A stretch of 64,000 nucleotides of DNA, taken from Basidiobolus meristosporus CBS 931.73 (lineage: Eukaryota; Fungi; Basidiobolomycota). Within the stretch, counting starts at the first letter, position 1, and each line of letters begins with the position of its first letter. The DNA lies in the NCBI GenBank assembly GCA_002104905.1, contig MCFE01000062.1:62001-126000 (forward strand), read 5' to 3'. The notes beneath the pieces are model-generated. The model was given only the letters and a program-made list of their open reading frames with translations. It ran no database searches and was not told where the DNA came from. The position numbers and the translations under genes are program-made. Below, one piece after another: positions 11,934-23,987 of this stretch.

Positions 11934-13123
11934 ATTTCATTTCTCTCAACCATGTAAATCTCTACGGAATGATTTAAATATGTGAATATTAGTGAATAAA
12001 ATGAATTAGATCACCACGATATGGGCTGCGTTTGATCGGTAAATGGTTTCGTCAATCAAATGGCAGAGCTTGAAAACGTACCCTCAAATCAGAAGGCCAT
12101 CTATCTGACCAAACACTGGCATTAGTCTGGTATGCGAATGCAGTTTGGGACGAAGGTTGCCGATTTGGGATAAATGAAGATTGGGTTGAAGAAAGCCATC
12201 AGAAGATTCTACCTCCATAATTTGAATCTGAGCACTACTGACAACATCAAAAGCTTCACTCAAATTATGGCCTAGGCATTTCGAACGTAGTCTAGATTGA
12301 TCTGTATTTACCAAACCACATACCCGAAATGATCTGTTTCCTATCGTCCAGCTCTCTATATATATGTATGTGTGTGCATATCTATGTAACAAGCTTTGCC
12401 ATAGTACACAAAGCCTAGACCACAAAGATCACGAAATTGGTGCATATCCTCGTTCCACCAAATCCGGTATTTTTCTGTCTAGAGATATCTTCACTCTCCA
12501 CCTCAGTAAACCACATGGACCACAAAAGGCCATTATACAGGTACGAATCAAACTTCCCCGCTGGATTTATCGTGTCACGCTCGACGACAAGTCAAGTTTT
12601 GGGCAGAATTAACTTCGGTCCAGGTTCATCGAACTTATATGGAGTTCGAAGCCTCTTCAATTCAACATTCAGTTCTATCCGCATTTCAAGGATGAAACTT
12701 ACATGTTACATACACTCCACCCTGATCGATGATGATCGTAATCAATCGTAGTTGATTGAGCCCCATAACGAGGCGAAAAGGATATATGAAATATCTACCT
12801 TAGCAGCTGGATCTCTTGCTGTGCAATCTTCCTGTCAAAATCCAGTTAAATGATTTAAATTCCGTTGACATCACTTCAACGAATTCGCACGAAGATAGAA
12901 AACAATGGCGTCCAATGGTCGAATCAAGTCGAACGGTTCGCAACCGTTTTCAAAGCAGGCACCAGGCTAGATGACATCATCCTCATCGGTATGCCGTATA
13001 AAGGACTGGGTTATCAGTTCCAAGGTAGCGTTGCTATCACCCAAGTTGTTCTTCGACCGAGCAATTCTACATCGACCGGTGTAGGAAAACACAACCAACC
13101 AATACTAACGGGATCGATACAAA

Positions 13124-13327
13124 ATGTTTAACAACAGCATTAAAAAGCATATCTCCCTCAAATACTACCAGTATGAGCTAGTCACCTGCATTTATATGTT
13201 AGAGCCTTGGGAGAAGGTCATTTTTAATAGCTTCGTGCTCACAAGCTTATTGGTAACCTTGTACTTTGGAATCACATATCTTCCAATCCCCACCATGCCT
13301 ACCGCCTCCAGTTATGGGCTTTCGTGA
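13124..13327 (+). CDS. SPTSSA: Serine palmitoyltransferase small regulatory subunit (ssSPT type), 67 aa
   Basis: Family motif YYQYELVTCIYMLEPWEKVIFNS followed by one hydrophobic helix; start context AAAATG. Confidence 0.85.
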   Translation: MFNNSIKKHISLKYYQYELVTCIYMLEPWEKVIFNSFVLTSLLVTLYFGITYLPIPTMPTASSYGLS

Positions 13328-14486
13328 GGAACGTCAAGTCCTGCCTGGTCCCTTGGGGTATACCCCAGTCGACTACCTGGAATCTTTGGGTACTTCGCGT
13401 TTGCTTGTCTTTTTCTAGCAAATCTGTCCAAAGGATCCTACAATGTGTATATTTACTTGCATCTAATCAATTTAGAATAAATGTATCCTTCAGCCATTGT
13501 GTACATCTCACCGGACAGTTGGCATAGTATTCTTGCACGGTCCAACATGATGAGCTTGAATACATCAAACTAATAGTATCATTGCCGATAGAACCCCTAG
13601 CAGAGAAAGCCCACAACGCAGTCTGTTGTTTTACCCCGACCAGCACTTTACAATGCTCTTAAGGAGTCGGTGGTTGGTGATGTACACAAGCTTCACGTCG
13701 AGAAATAACATGCGCTCTCTGGAGACCCGGTGGGCTTATTGTATTATGCATGATGTTCCTTCCGATAATCTACGCATGACGCACTCGAAATGATTGTTCG
13801 ACATCATTGGACGGCGAAATTGAGGCGGAAGTTCCCACGATAGGGTAAACTTCTCAGGATTATGAGAAAATGGATTGTTATGAAGTAGAATTCCAGCCTA
13901 TCCAATTGCGGGCCTGAGAAAGATCACACACTGGTATTATCAGGCAGAATAGTGCGGTTCGTATGGGTTGATTTAGTGATTATACTCAGGCGTGGAGAGT
14001 GTGAGAAAAAAGTGTCATCGTGGATTCAACCACCCAACTTGGCTTAAGGGATAGTGAAACAGGGATTTCCTGAATAGCCAATGGTCGTTGGGTATCCGAT
14101 CCGCGGATGCCTTCATTCGTGGTTAAGTTTGGCTAGTATGCTCGTAGACCTGACCACAATCGAAGGGATATTATGCAAGGATGGTTAACTTTGTTCGTAG
14201 GAGGCCAAACTCGGCATATCTTCCTAGCATCTGCGCCATCCCAACAGCTGTCGTGTTGAAAAATTCGACCGCCTGGTAGCACATCCCCAGGATCACATGA
14301 GCTCTTGGGCAGTCCCTTTCGTTCCCACACATAATGGAAGCGAAGAGGGACCGAATGAAGTCACTCCAAATCGCATGCCTATTTATTCCTGACACCCCCG
14401 CCATTGAGACTTCTCTACCAGCCACTAATCCTTCTCTGCGATCTCTTCTTCTGTTTTTCACCTCGATCTAATTTCACGTCTCCCCC

Positions 14487-15998
14487 ATGCTTAGATTAAC
14501 CACACGTCGTTTATTGAGCTCTCATGCTAAGAGCGCATTGAAAAACCAATCTCCCGCGGCGTTTGGTTCCATACTCGCTCGTCAGGTATAGAGTTTCCGT
14601 CCGGGATACTAGGAATGTCAGTATTAATAGAAAGTGCTTTAAAGAACTCCACTCGCTCAGCTATTAGCCAGGCTCTTAGAAAAAAGGTCCCATTTCCTGG
14701 CGCGTCGGATTCCTACTTTACTCAGGAGATGAAGTTCATCGGTAAAGGTGAAGCAATCCCTACATATCACGTCATGGATGTTGATGGCAACGTCCTGAAC
14801 CCTTCAGAGGATCCCAAGGTGAATCAGCCTTTTCATTCTCTGTGGTGAGCGATTAGGTACTAACCGTAGTCTGCGGGACACTAGGTTTCGAAAGAGTTTG
14901 CTTTGAAACTTTACCAAGATATGGTCACTTTGAACGTGATGGATCTGATCCTTTACGAAGCCCAACGTCAGGGCCGTATTAGCTTCTACATGACCAGTTA
15001 CGGCGAGGAAGCATATATCGGCAGTGCTGCAGGGCTTGTCAACGAAGATGTTGTGTTCGGCCAGGTGCGTACTTTCGCTACGATATTTCCATGTTGGCTC
15101 ACTATGCTAACCCCCACTTGGATAGTATCGTGAAAGTGGTGTTCTGCTCTACCGTGGTTTCACATTGGACGAGTTTATGAATCAGTGTTATAGTAACGAG
15201 CTCGATTACGGAAAGGGTCGCCAGATGCCTATTCATTACGGTTCCACCAAACATAACTTCCACACCATCTCCTCTCCTTTAGCCACTCAGATCCCTCACG
15301 CCGCTGGTGCCGCCTACGCCCTGAAGATGGAGGGTAAGAAGAACTGTGTGATGTGTTACTTCGGTGATGGTGCCGCTAGCGAAGGTGACTTCCACGCTGC
15401 ATTAAATATGGCAGCCACCATGCACTGTCCAGTCATCTTCTTCTGTCGTAACAATGGATTTGCCATTTCGACCCCTACCTCAGAGCAGTACCAAGGAGAT
15501 GGTATTGCCAGTCGAGGCATCGGCTACGGTATCGATACCATCCGTGTTGATGGCAATGATGTTTGGGCGGTCTACAACGCAACCAAAGAAGCCAGAAGAA
15601 TTGCTGTGGAGGAGAACCGACCAGTGTTGATCGAGGCGATGACCTATCGTATTGGACACCATAGTACTTCTGATGACTCCTCCGCCTATAGATCAAAGAA
15701 GGAGGTGGAGGACTGGGAACGTTTGGATAGTCCATTGACCCGCATTAGAAAGTATCTTGAAAGAAAGGGCTGGTGGAGTGATGAGGAAGAGAAGGCTTAT
15801 CGTAAAGAGACCCGCACCAAGATTCTCAAGTCGTTCAGTGCCGCTGAGAAGTACAAGAAGCCCGCTATCAAGGAGTTGTTTGAAGATGTGTACGACAAAA
15901 TGACCCCTAACCTGGTAGAACAGAAAGCGGAGCTTGATGAATTGCTGAAAAAATACCCACAATACTACCCATCCGTCCAAGAGCACGCTCAGAATTAG
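14487..15998 (+). CDS. BCKDHA: Branched-chain alpha-keto acid dehydrogenase E1 alpha subunit, mitochondrial precursor, 4 exons (14487-14585, 14645 or 14672-14818, 14885-15064, 15126-15998)
   Basis: Presequence [15 protein letters not shown]..; motifs [21 protein letters not shown] (joined by splicing), [12 protein letters not shown]-binding [12 protein letters not shown] and [10 protein letters not shown] (regulatory phospho-loop). Introns are phase-0 GT..AG; introns 2 and 3 have (T/G)CTAAC branch points; the intron-1 acceptor is ambiguous. Confidence 0.93.
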
Positions 15999-16505
15999 GC
16001 TCCTAGAGAATCTCGACCATGTAAAATTGCATACCTGTTGCATTTTCACCTACATCGCATTTTTGCCAATTGATAGTATTTCCTGTGGATCCCTTGGGGA
16101 TTGGTTGTGAAATGTCTGCCCTGAGCATACTTTCCCACGCATCCGTGTATGTAATGTCTTTTCAGTCAGTTGTATGCAGAGATCCATACGAACCGTAAAC
16201 AACATCCTTGTTTAAGGGTGTACTAAACATTCAATATCTTACCTGATTTCGATCCTCGGGAATCAATTAGCCTTGATGCAAAAACCACTTGGAAGCATCC
16301 CGCCTGAAACGTTTATAAATCAGACTGTTTTTCCTGTCGTACATCTTTCACATGCACGTCCACTTACCTGGCGAAAGCTTGAAGATCACTTATAGGTGGC
16401 CAAGATCTTTTGGGTTAGCTCTTGATATTGACCTGGAGTGCTTTCCCTGAGCTGAGCAATCGGCCAACATCGTATGATGTAGATTGCCATCATTTGGGGT
16501 GAATC

Positions 16506-16897
16506 TGTTGTAAATTTCGTAATTCCACCTAAATATTTACCTAACTTAGTCACATAAATCATTGCCTACAAATCTTGGAGAATTCTGACCAAATTCCTTG
16601 TCAGGATTCACTTGGAATATTTTCACCAAAATATCAGGTACCCAGAACATGAAATTTCTCAAAGTTATCCAAACAGCCCCAAACTTTGCACGCATGTTCT
16701 TGGGACCTTCATAAGCACATTGATATATTGGACTACTTGGTATCATTCTGCAGCTAAAATTTTGCTTAACAATTCCACACTAGTCTTAGTCACTGTAAAG
16801 CTCATTTATGCTGTAAGAGTTTTGGAGGTATGGAAGTGACTGGGAGATCAAGTAAGTTATGTGGTTTTCATGTAATGATTTATTGAATGTGAAAGTG
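16506..16897. mobile_element. Family-A LTR fragments: 5' half at 16506-16710 (+) and an inverted 3' fragment at ~16812-16897; marks the gene/TE boundary
   Basis: TGTTGTAAA start and identity to other family-A LTRs; 16812-16897 is the reverse complement of the LTR 3' end. Confidence 0.8.
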
Positions 16898-18907
16898 GGG
16901 TACCCTCATACAAAAGGACTTGACTATACTGAGACCTTTGCACTGGTAGCCAAGTTTAATTCCATCAGATTGATGTTGGCTATTGCAGCTAAATATAAGC
17001 TTTTCATTCATCAAATGGATGCAAAAACTGCATATTTGAATGGAGAACTTGATGAGGATGTGTATATGGACCAGCCTGATGGGTTTGTTGACCAAGATAA
17101 CCCCCATTTGGTCTGCAAGCTTAAAATATCTTTATATGGTCTCAAACAATCACCATGAGCCTGAAATTGCAAGATAGAATCTTATGGGAATCTTTGAGTT
17201 GCAAGAGGAGTCATGCTAACAATAACCCCAAATTTTCTTAATTCTTTGTCCAGTAGCTTTCCATGTATGTAATTTAAGGTCAATCTTCAGTACAAAGCTC
17301 TAGGGCTGATACAAGGCCCTGAAACCTGTCTGTCAGGTTATTCAGGATGGTAGCTATTGTTATAAAAATTTGTAATTCCACCAAAATAATCACCTAACTT
17401 AGTCACTTAGATCATTACCTTTAAATCCTATAGAATACTGACCAAAATCCATCTTGGGATTTACTTAGAATACTTTCACCAAAATATCAGATACCCAGAA
17501 TATGGAAATTCTCAAAGCTGTTCAAACAGCACCAAACTTTATACACATGTTCTTGGAGCCTTTCTAAGCCTACTCTATGCGTTTGTTATTCCAAGACCAT
17601 GTAAAGTATAAATACTACTTTCACATTTAGTAATCATTAAGTGAAAACCACTTAATCTACTTGTTCTCCCAATCACTTCCAATATCTCCAAGGCTCTTAT
17701 AACAGGTTATGAGCCTCAAGCTGTCACTCTCTGCAATATCTACTACTGCTATTATTGGAACTTTTCCCTCTGTTGAAAGAATGGATGGATCTACCTGCCA
17801 AGTATGGAAGGTGAAGATGAAGATGCTGCTACAAGGAAGAGGTCTTTGGGATATTGTCATGGGAGAAGAATGCCCTCCTCAAAATGTGGGAGAGGAAGCC
17901 TTAAAGTATCAGAAGAAAGAACAAAGTGCCTTTAACTGCATTTGCCATGATGTCAAAGACAAATTGCTAATTCAATGCTCAAGAGCAAAAACAGCAAAGA
18001 ATGCCTGGAAGGCATTAGAAGACACCTACTAGTCATGTTCAGCTGCTAAGAAAATGTATCTTAGACAAAAATGTTTACTACAGAGATGCAGACAGGATAA
18101 GAAATGAAAATCTAATTAACAGAACTACCCTGCTGGTGGATGAGATGGAATCTGTGGGTATTCCAACTACTGATTAGGATGTGATAGCTGTTCTCAGAGT
18201 CTTGGAGATATTGGAAATGATTGGGAAACCAAGTAGATCATGTGGTTTTCACTTAATGATTTATTGAATATAAAAGTAGTATTTATACTTTTACATGGTC
18301 TTGGCATTTCAACACATAGGATAGGCTAAGGAAGGTCTCAAGAGCATTTGTGCAGAGTTTGGGGCTGTTTGGACAACTTTGAGAATTTGCATGTTCTGGG
18401 TACCTGGTATTTTGGTGAAAGTATTCTAAGTAAATCCCAACATGGATTTTACTACCATCCTGAATAACCTGACAGACAGGTTTCAGGGCCTTGTATCAGC
18501 CCTAGAGCTTTGTACTGAAGATTGACCTTAAGTTACATACATGGAAGGCTACTGGACAAAGAATTAAGAAAATTTGGGGTTATTGTTAGCATGACTCCTC
18601 TTGCAACTCAAAGATTTCCATACAATTCTATCCTGCAATTCCAGGCTCTTGGTGATTGTTTGAGACCATATAAAAATATTTTAAGCTTGCAGACCAAATG
18701 GGGGTTATCTTGGTCAACAAACCCATCAGGCTGGTCCATATACACATCCTCATCAAGTTCTCCATTCAAATATGCAGTTTTTGCATCCATTTGATGAATG
18801 AAAAGCTTATATTTAGCTGCAATAGCCAACATCAATCTGATGGAATTAAACTTGGCTACCAGTGCAAAGGTCTCAGTATAGTCAAGTCCTTTTGTATGAG
18901 GGTATCC
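16898..18907. repeat. ~456-bp inverted duplication (16898-17353 vs 18452-18907) of a chimeric copia gag/RT segment
   Basis: The track peptides GYPHTKGLDYTETFALVAKFNSIRLMLAIAAKYKLFIHQMDAKTAYLNGELDEDVYMDQPDG occur on opposite strands (16859+ and 18608-), and the DNA is near-identical. Confidence 0.9.
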
Positions 18908-20110
18908 TTTGGCCACAAGTCTTGCTTTGTATCTCTCAATTGAACCATCAGTCTTGTACTTTGTCTTAAAGACCCATCTGCATCCAGTTGATTTAAGTTG
19001 ATTGGTAATTTGACTAAGTCCCAAGTTTGATTTTCCATCAGAGCCTGATATTCTGCAGTCATTGGAGATCTCCAAATCTTTGTCTGAGGGCTATTTAGGG
19101 CCTGTTTTACAGTCTGGGGTTCATCAAGATGGACTGACTAGGCATAGGCTAAGTTGGTACCCTCATTGATATAGAAATATGGGCTATTTCTTGTCTGGTG
19201 GAATCTCCAGGCATTTGATACTGGAATGATCACTTCTGGCATATTCCTGGGCACTGATCTAGTTTTTGTCATCATCTGATGTCATTTTTTGTAAAAGTCT
19301 TGAATTTTCCTCAGGTAGCACATCCATGGACTTGATTAGCTACTTTGCATTGGTATTGTGGAGTCTGTATGCTCTACTCTCATTGCAATAGCCCAAAAAT
19401 ATGCATTTTACACTTTTGGCCCAAACTTTGGCTAATTTCTGGGTGGTTTCCTGGCATAAGATGTACACCCAAATATTCTTAGATATTCTGCACTTGGTCT
19501 GTATCCATACCATGCTTTGAGTTGAGTAGAATCACAAAGTATTCTGTTGCAATTCCTACTTCTAAGGTATGTATATATGGCAACTGATTCCACCCAAATA
19601 TCATGGGATAATTTTTGATCATGGATCATAGATCTGGCAATATCAATTATTATTCTGTTTGCATATTGTGCTACTCCATTTTGCTGTGGGGAGTATGGTA
19701 CTGTAGCCTCTTGCTTTATCCCGTGAATTTTGCAGAAGTGGATGAAGAGTTTTGAGGTATATTCTCCACCATTGTCTGAGCATATTTTCTTGATTTTTTC
19801 ACCAGTTTCTCTCTCTGCCATGGCTTTGAGCTCCCTGAACTTAGACAGAGCTTCTTCCTTTCTCTCCATGAAGTAGACCAACATGTATCTTGTATAATTA
19901 TCAATAAAAGTGATTAAATACTTCATCCCACCTAAGTACAAATTTGCATAGGTCCAAACAGATCTAAGTGAATTAGATCTAATTTTTTCTCAGTTTTAAT
20001 TAACTCAGAGCTCTTGAATGGTTGTCTGGCTTGTTTCCCATATATGCAGGCTTCACAGTGCTCCAAATTAGCTGGGGGATCATTTTTTACTCCAGATATT
20101 AGCTGATCTT
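17358..20110. mobile_element. Rearranged Ty1/copia element: LTR 17358-17704 (+), PBS, gag (+) interrupted by an inverted LTR piece (~18189-18447), then RT and integrase on the - strand
   Basis: UBN2-type gag (WKVKMKMLLQGRGLWDIV..AKTAKNAWKALEDTY); copia RT ([33 protein letters not shown]); integrase (KKICSDNGGEY, PYSPQQNGVA); stops and frameshifts. Confidence 0.85.
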
Positions 20111-23100
20111 ATGGATCCAGCCAGCCAGGACATCTAATTGCCTTATATGGCAAGAAACTTGATGGTATTTTAATGGACTCACAGCAAGACTCTGATGGCA
20201 TTATATTGGCAGTATGACAGCCTACAGCTGGTTCTGCAAAATGCTACCATACCAACTTACTAAATGGAATTCTTTTTCCACCTCCCCTTGTGCAATTCAT
20301 ATATCCCACTGTAGAATTACCCCTCTTTATTTGCTTGTCCACTACTACCTTGGGTATTATGCATATAGTTCAGATCAAAAAAAAACTATGGCCTCCTGCT
20401 TACTAACCTCTACAAACACACATACCTGCCTCAATTGACATACTTCTATCACCTCAACTTCACAGCTTTTTAGAGTGATACTTGCAAAGTTGCCATATAA
20501 CTTGTACTGCTGGTAACATATACATCTTGCAAACATGTGCTTGGTTGTTGCCACTTCTGCTTTAAATACCTCCTGAATATCCGCAAAGAACTTCTTGGTA
20601 TTTAGCCAATATAATTCTTCTTCCTGCTGGATTCTAGTCCCCCTTATAGGTGCACTCTGGCTCTTGTTGTGTGAATTCCATATTGAATGGTGTAGAAGTT
20701 TGCTTGTGACCAAGGAAAATCCAGCATACCTTGGTAGAGTTTTCCTAATAAGAATTAGTTGCTTGTTGCACCCAACCAAGCTTTGCATTACTCAACTGAT
20801 TACCCATGCTTTGGGGCTGCTTAGCTTCCTAATGCCATAGGCATAGGTGTCTCCATGTGCACATTTGTCCTCAGTATTTTCCAACTCTTCCTGGCTGTCC
20901 TCCATGTGCCAACTCCTCACACCCATGATGGACTTGAAGGTGGTGTTCTTGATGAGATTGGGATATGGTAGTACCTGCAACTTGACTTGTCTTCCTATCT
21001 TGCCATACATCTGCTCCATAGGAAACTCCCAAAAGGTGAAGCAATGCCCAATATTCTCCACACACCATGCAAGATGGAGTAGAGAACAGATACAGTAGTG
21101 GCAGAGATCTATGCATTCAGCTTTATGTTTGTAGTATAGCTACTCAAATCCTGTCACAAACTCCTTGCACAACAGCTATAGATGCATCAAGTTGGCATTG
21201 GTGATCTGCTTCTGGATAAATATTCCTACAATATCCATATATGACTCCCAATGCTTCCAATGTACTCTTGGTAGGAATGGCTTCAGAATGCCTCTTGAAT
21301 AAATATATATCCAGTTCATCCAGCCTTTGCATTTGAATTGTTGCATATGCATATGGATATTAATTGGAGCCTGTGAGAAGTACTTACAGCAGCAGATACT
21401 CTGTAATATCTTGCCAATTCTTTGAAAATTCTCCAGTATCTCAAAGGGCTCATCTAGCTTGCAATGCCCCACATACAACTTAGTCAGCAGTATAGGGATA
21501 TTGTTGCAAAGCAAATGCATTGCTCCCAGTGGAAAGCTTTTGTTCCAACAGATACCCTCTATCTTAAATATATCTGGCTTCCAATTGATTCCATATTCCA
21601 GCCAATGGCTTATAGCTTGCCAACTATGCTGCAATTGCATGCTGACTTCTGTACATTCTCTCTGTGGAAAGATGATGTTCTTAGTGCTGGTGTTCAGGTA
21701 ATAATAAGATGTGTGAGTTATGGAGTAAATCTCCTGGTTCTCATACATTTGACCGCAATACCATCCATTGTGCTCAGAGAAACCTGCTATCTTGCCAATG
21801 GCTGGGGTATCTCCAATGCAGATAATAATATGTGCTTTTACATGACAGCCATTTACTGTTATCCTGCTGGAAAGCATACAAAACTCATCCAGCAATGGAT
21901 ACAGGTAGCTATCCAGGTTGGATGGTGATTTAGGCCCAGATACCAGTGAGACTACCATCAGATTATTGCTCTGATACCATAAGATGGGCAGCATATCAAG
22001 ATTGATGAGAATCAGTGGCTTGCAGGATTTGCTGGTAGAGTACTTGTTTAATGAGAGTCTATCAGGTGCTAAGGCAAAGGCATGGCCATACATACCTTCA
22101 AAGTAGCACTTGCTTCCCAGCTGTTTGTAATGTTTGCCTTCAAGTATATCAGATATGTTTGCACTTGATTGATACTGAGTGTGGTACTGTACAGCTTTGC
22201 AACATTTGTTGGACTGCATCAGCTTCCTCAGACAGGGTATTACCGGAACATATCTGGAGTGTGAACAATGTTTTCCCTCAATGGTGATAGATTCCTCACA
22301 ATTTGGACACATTGCAATGGTAGCATCTTTAGATGTGAATGCCATGCAACTGTTACCACATGCTGGAATCTGGACAGTCTCTGGATCATATGTTGTCTGC
22401 CACATGATGGTTGTTCACTTATACCATGTGTATGGCAAGTTGCATCCTGGTACAATTTTGGCAAGAAGTAGTAACAAATCCTCAAAGCCCCCATTACTGA
22501 TATTAGTGGAAACACGCCACTTCTCTAGCCACAATATTACATCATTCACCAGTAGATGGTTTACTGTGCTCACTTGGCTCCATAAAGTATCCTTGGCATT
22601 TTTTTCAATGGGTGTTATCTCATTGCATATTGGGATTTGACTGGGCTCATTCATGGTACTGTTGTTAGAGGAGATAGGCACACAATCCATCAATGAACCT
22701 TTGTTGTCAGAGCTATCACTCTGCATGCCATGCTCAGAAGGCTGAGGCAAGCCTAAAGGCATCACACACTCACCTGACTTAGTTTGTGCAAGGTGACAAA
22801 GACAGCCAGGTGCCAATATAGAAGTATTAACTGGTCAGCAAGATAATGTTGGTACAGGAGTGACCAATGAATGGTCAAATATGACTTGTATGGTAAAACA
22901 CTGGCCATGATCCTTGTAATACTTCCTATGCTGTCTGCATGCATCATGGCTGAGAGGCTTGCTGCAATAGCCACATGGTCTTTTTTCTCTTCTCTTATGG
23001 TGCTGAGTCAAAGTAGTGTGGTCCATGGGGAAAACAGTTTGACCTTCAACAATGTGACACCATTATATCACCTTTTGGTCAATACTTGTGTGTACTCAAG

Positions 23101-23987
23101 ATAGTGCTGTATTTGAGACATTGCACCTACATGAATGTAAGATTCAATGATGACCTGCCATAGTAAGCATTATAGATAAAGTTGTGGCACCACATACACA
23201 TGTATATGTGACACTATTTCCCCTGTGGTCTGACTCACTTCCATATATATGCTGCCAAAAAATAAAGCAAATTTGCCTGGTTTCCAACCAAACCCCACCG
23301 CTTATGGCAACAGAAGAACAGTTGGACAACAGCCTGCTTTGACATTCAGTGCAACAAGCAGGGCTACATTCCAAAAAGACCCTGTGGACAGTGTGCCCAT
23401 TGAAGTTAATAATGGCAACTCCTCTGGCTCTCAGTCAAGTGGGCAATTGAGAGCCTCTGCAGAGCCACAAGCTGACCATTATACTCAGGCAGAGGATAAT
23501 GTAGCAACTACAGTACCCTTAATTGAAGACCAGCAAGTGGCTGTAATAACATCACCACCACCCATATTGGCAAGTATGTTGTCAGCTCATACCAAAGCAT
23601 TAATGAAGCAATTAGTTGCAGTGGCTGATAGCACAGATGTAATGGCCCAGAGAAATCAGGAAATAATCCAGAAACAGGATGAGTGGATAATACATGTAGG
23701 GCATCAGTATCCCAGGTAGAGAAAGCAGTATCTTTGCTGCAAAAAAAGAACTCAAGTAGCTCAATGTCACAGCCAAGAGTTGAGCCATCTCACAATGTAA
23801 CAGCAGAGGAACACCATACAGCCTTTGAAGCACAACAACAGTGCCCAAAGATAAAGCCCACAGAAATACCTATCACAGCATGGGAGGGAGACAATATGGT
23901 GTTAATACTAAGGCCTAAAAGTCAAAAGACATTGAAGATCCATGGAGCTATTGAGTGCAATAATAAAGAGTGGGCTAATGCTCCAAA
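20111..23987. mobile_element. En-Spm/CACTA-type DNA transposon copy 1, decayed: transposase (-, ~23030 to 20200) and divergent ORF2 (+, from 23249; resumes at 33317-34022 beyond the copia insertion)
   Basis: Transposase_21-like motifs PLILINL, SGPKSPSNLDSYLYPLLDEF, IGDTPAIGKIAGFSEHNG, GAMHL, WMNWI and FWEFPMEQMYG. ORF2 is collinear with the uninterrupted copy at ~44130-45080. Confidence 0.8.

Noticed and set aside
12084-12760. Short ORFs and a ~90-codon minus-strand frame with one internal TGA
   Set aside because: No similarity to any family I recognise; no support for readthrough or selenocysteine.
12971-13137. Upstream exon for ssSPT (TACTAAC at ~13103, AG at 13136-13137)
   Set aside because: The donors I tested give the wrong phase or an immediate stop; ATG 13124 has a good context.
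14133-14461. Minus-strand ORFs divergent from BCKDHA
   Set aside because: They overlap the likely promoter/5' UTR and have no recognisable features.
5067-15998. Functional gene cluster (kinase, mitochondrial protein, globin, ssSPT, BCKDHA)
   Set aside because: No shared pathway or repeated regulatory motif is visible; adjacency alone is not evidence without synteny data.
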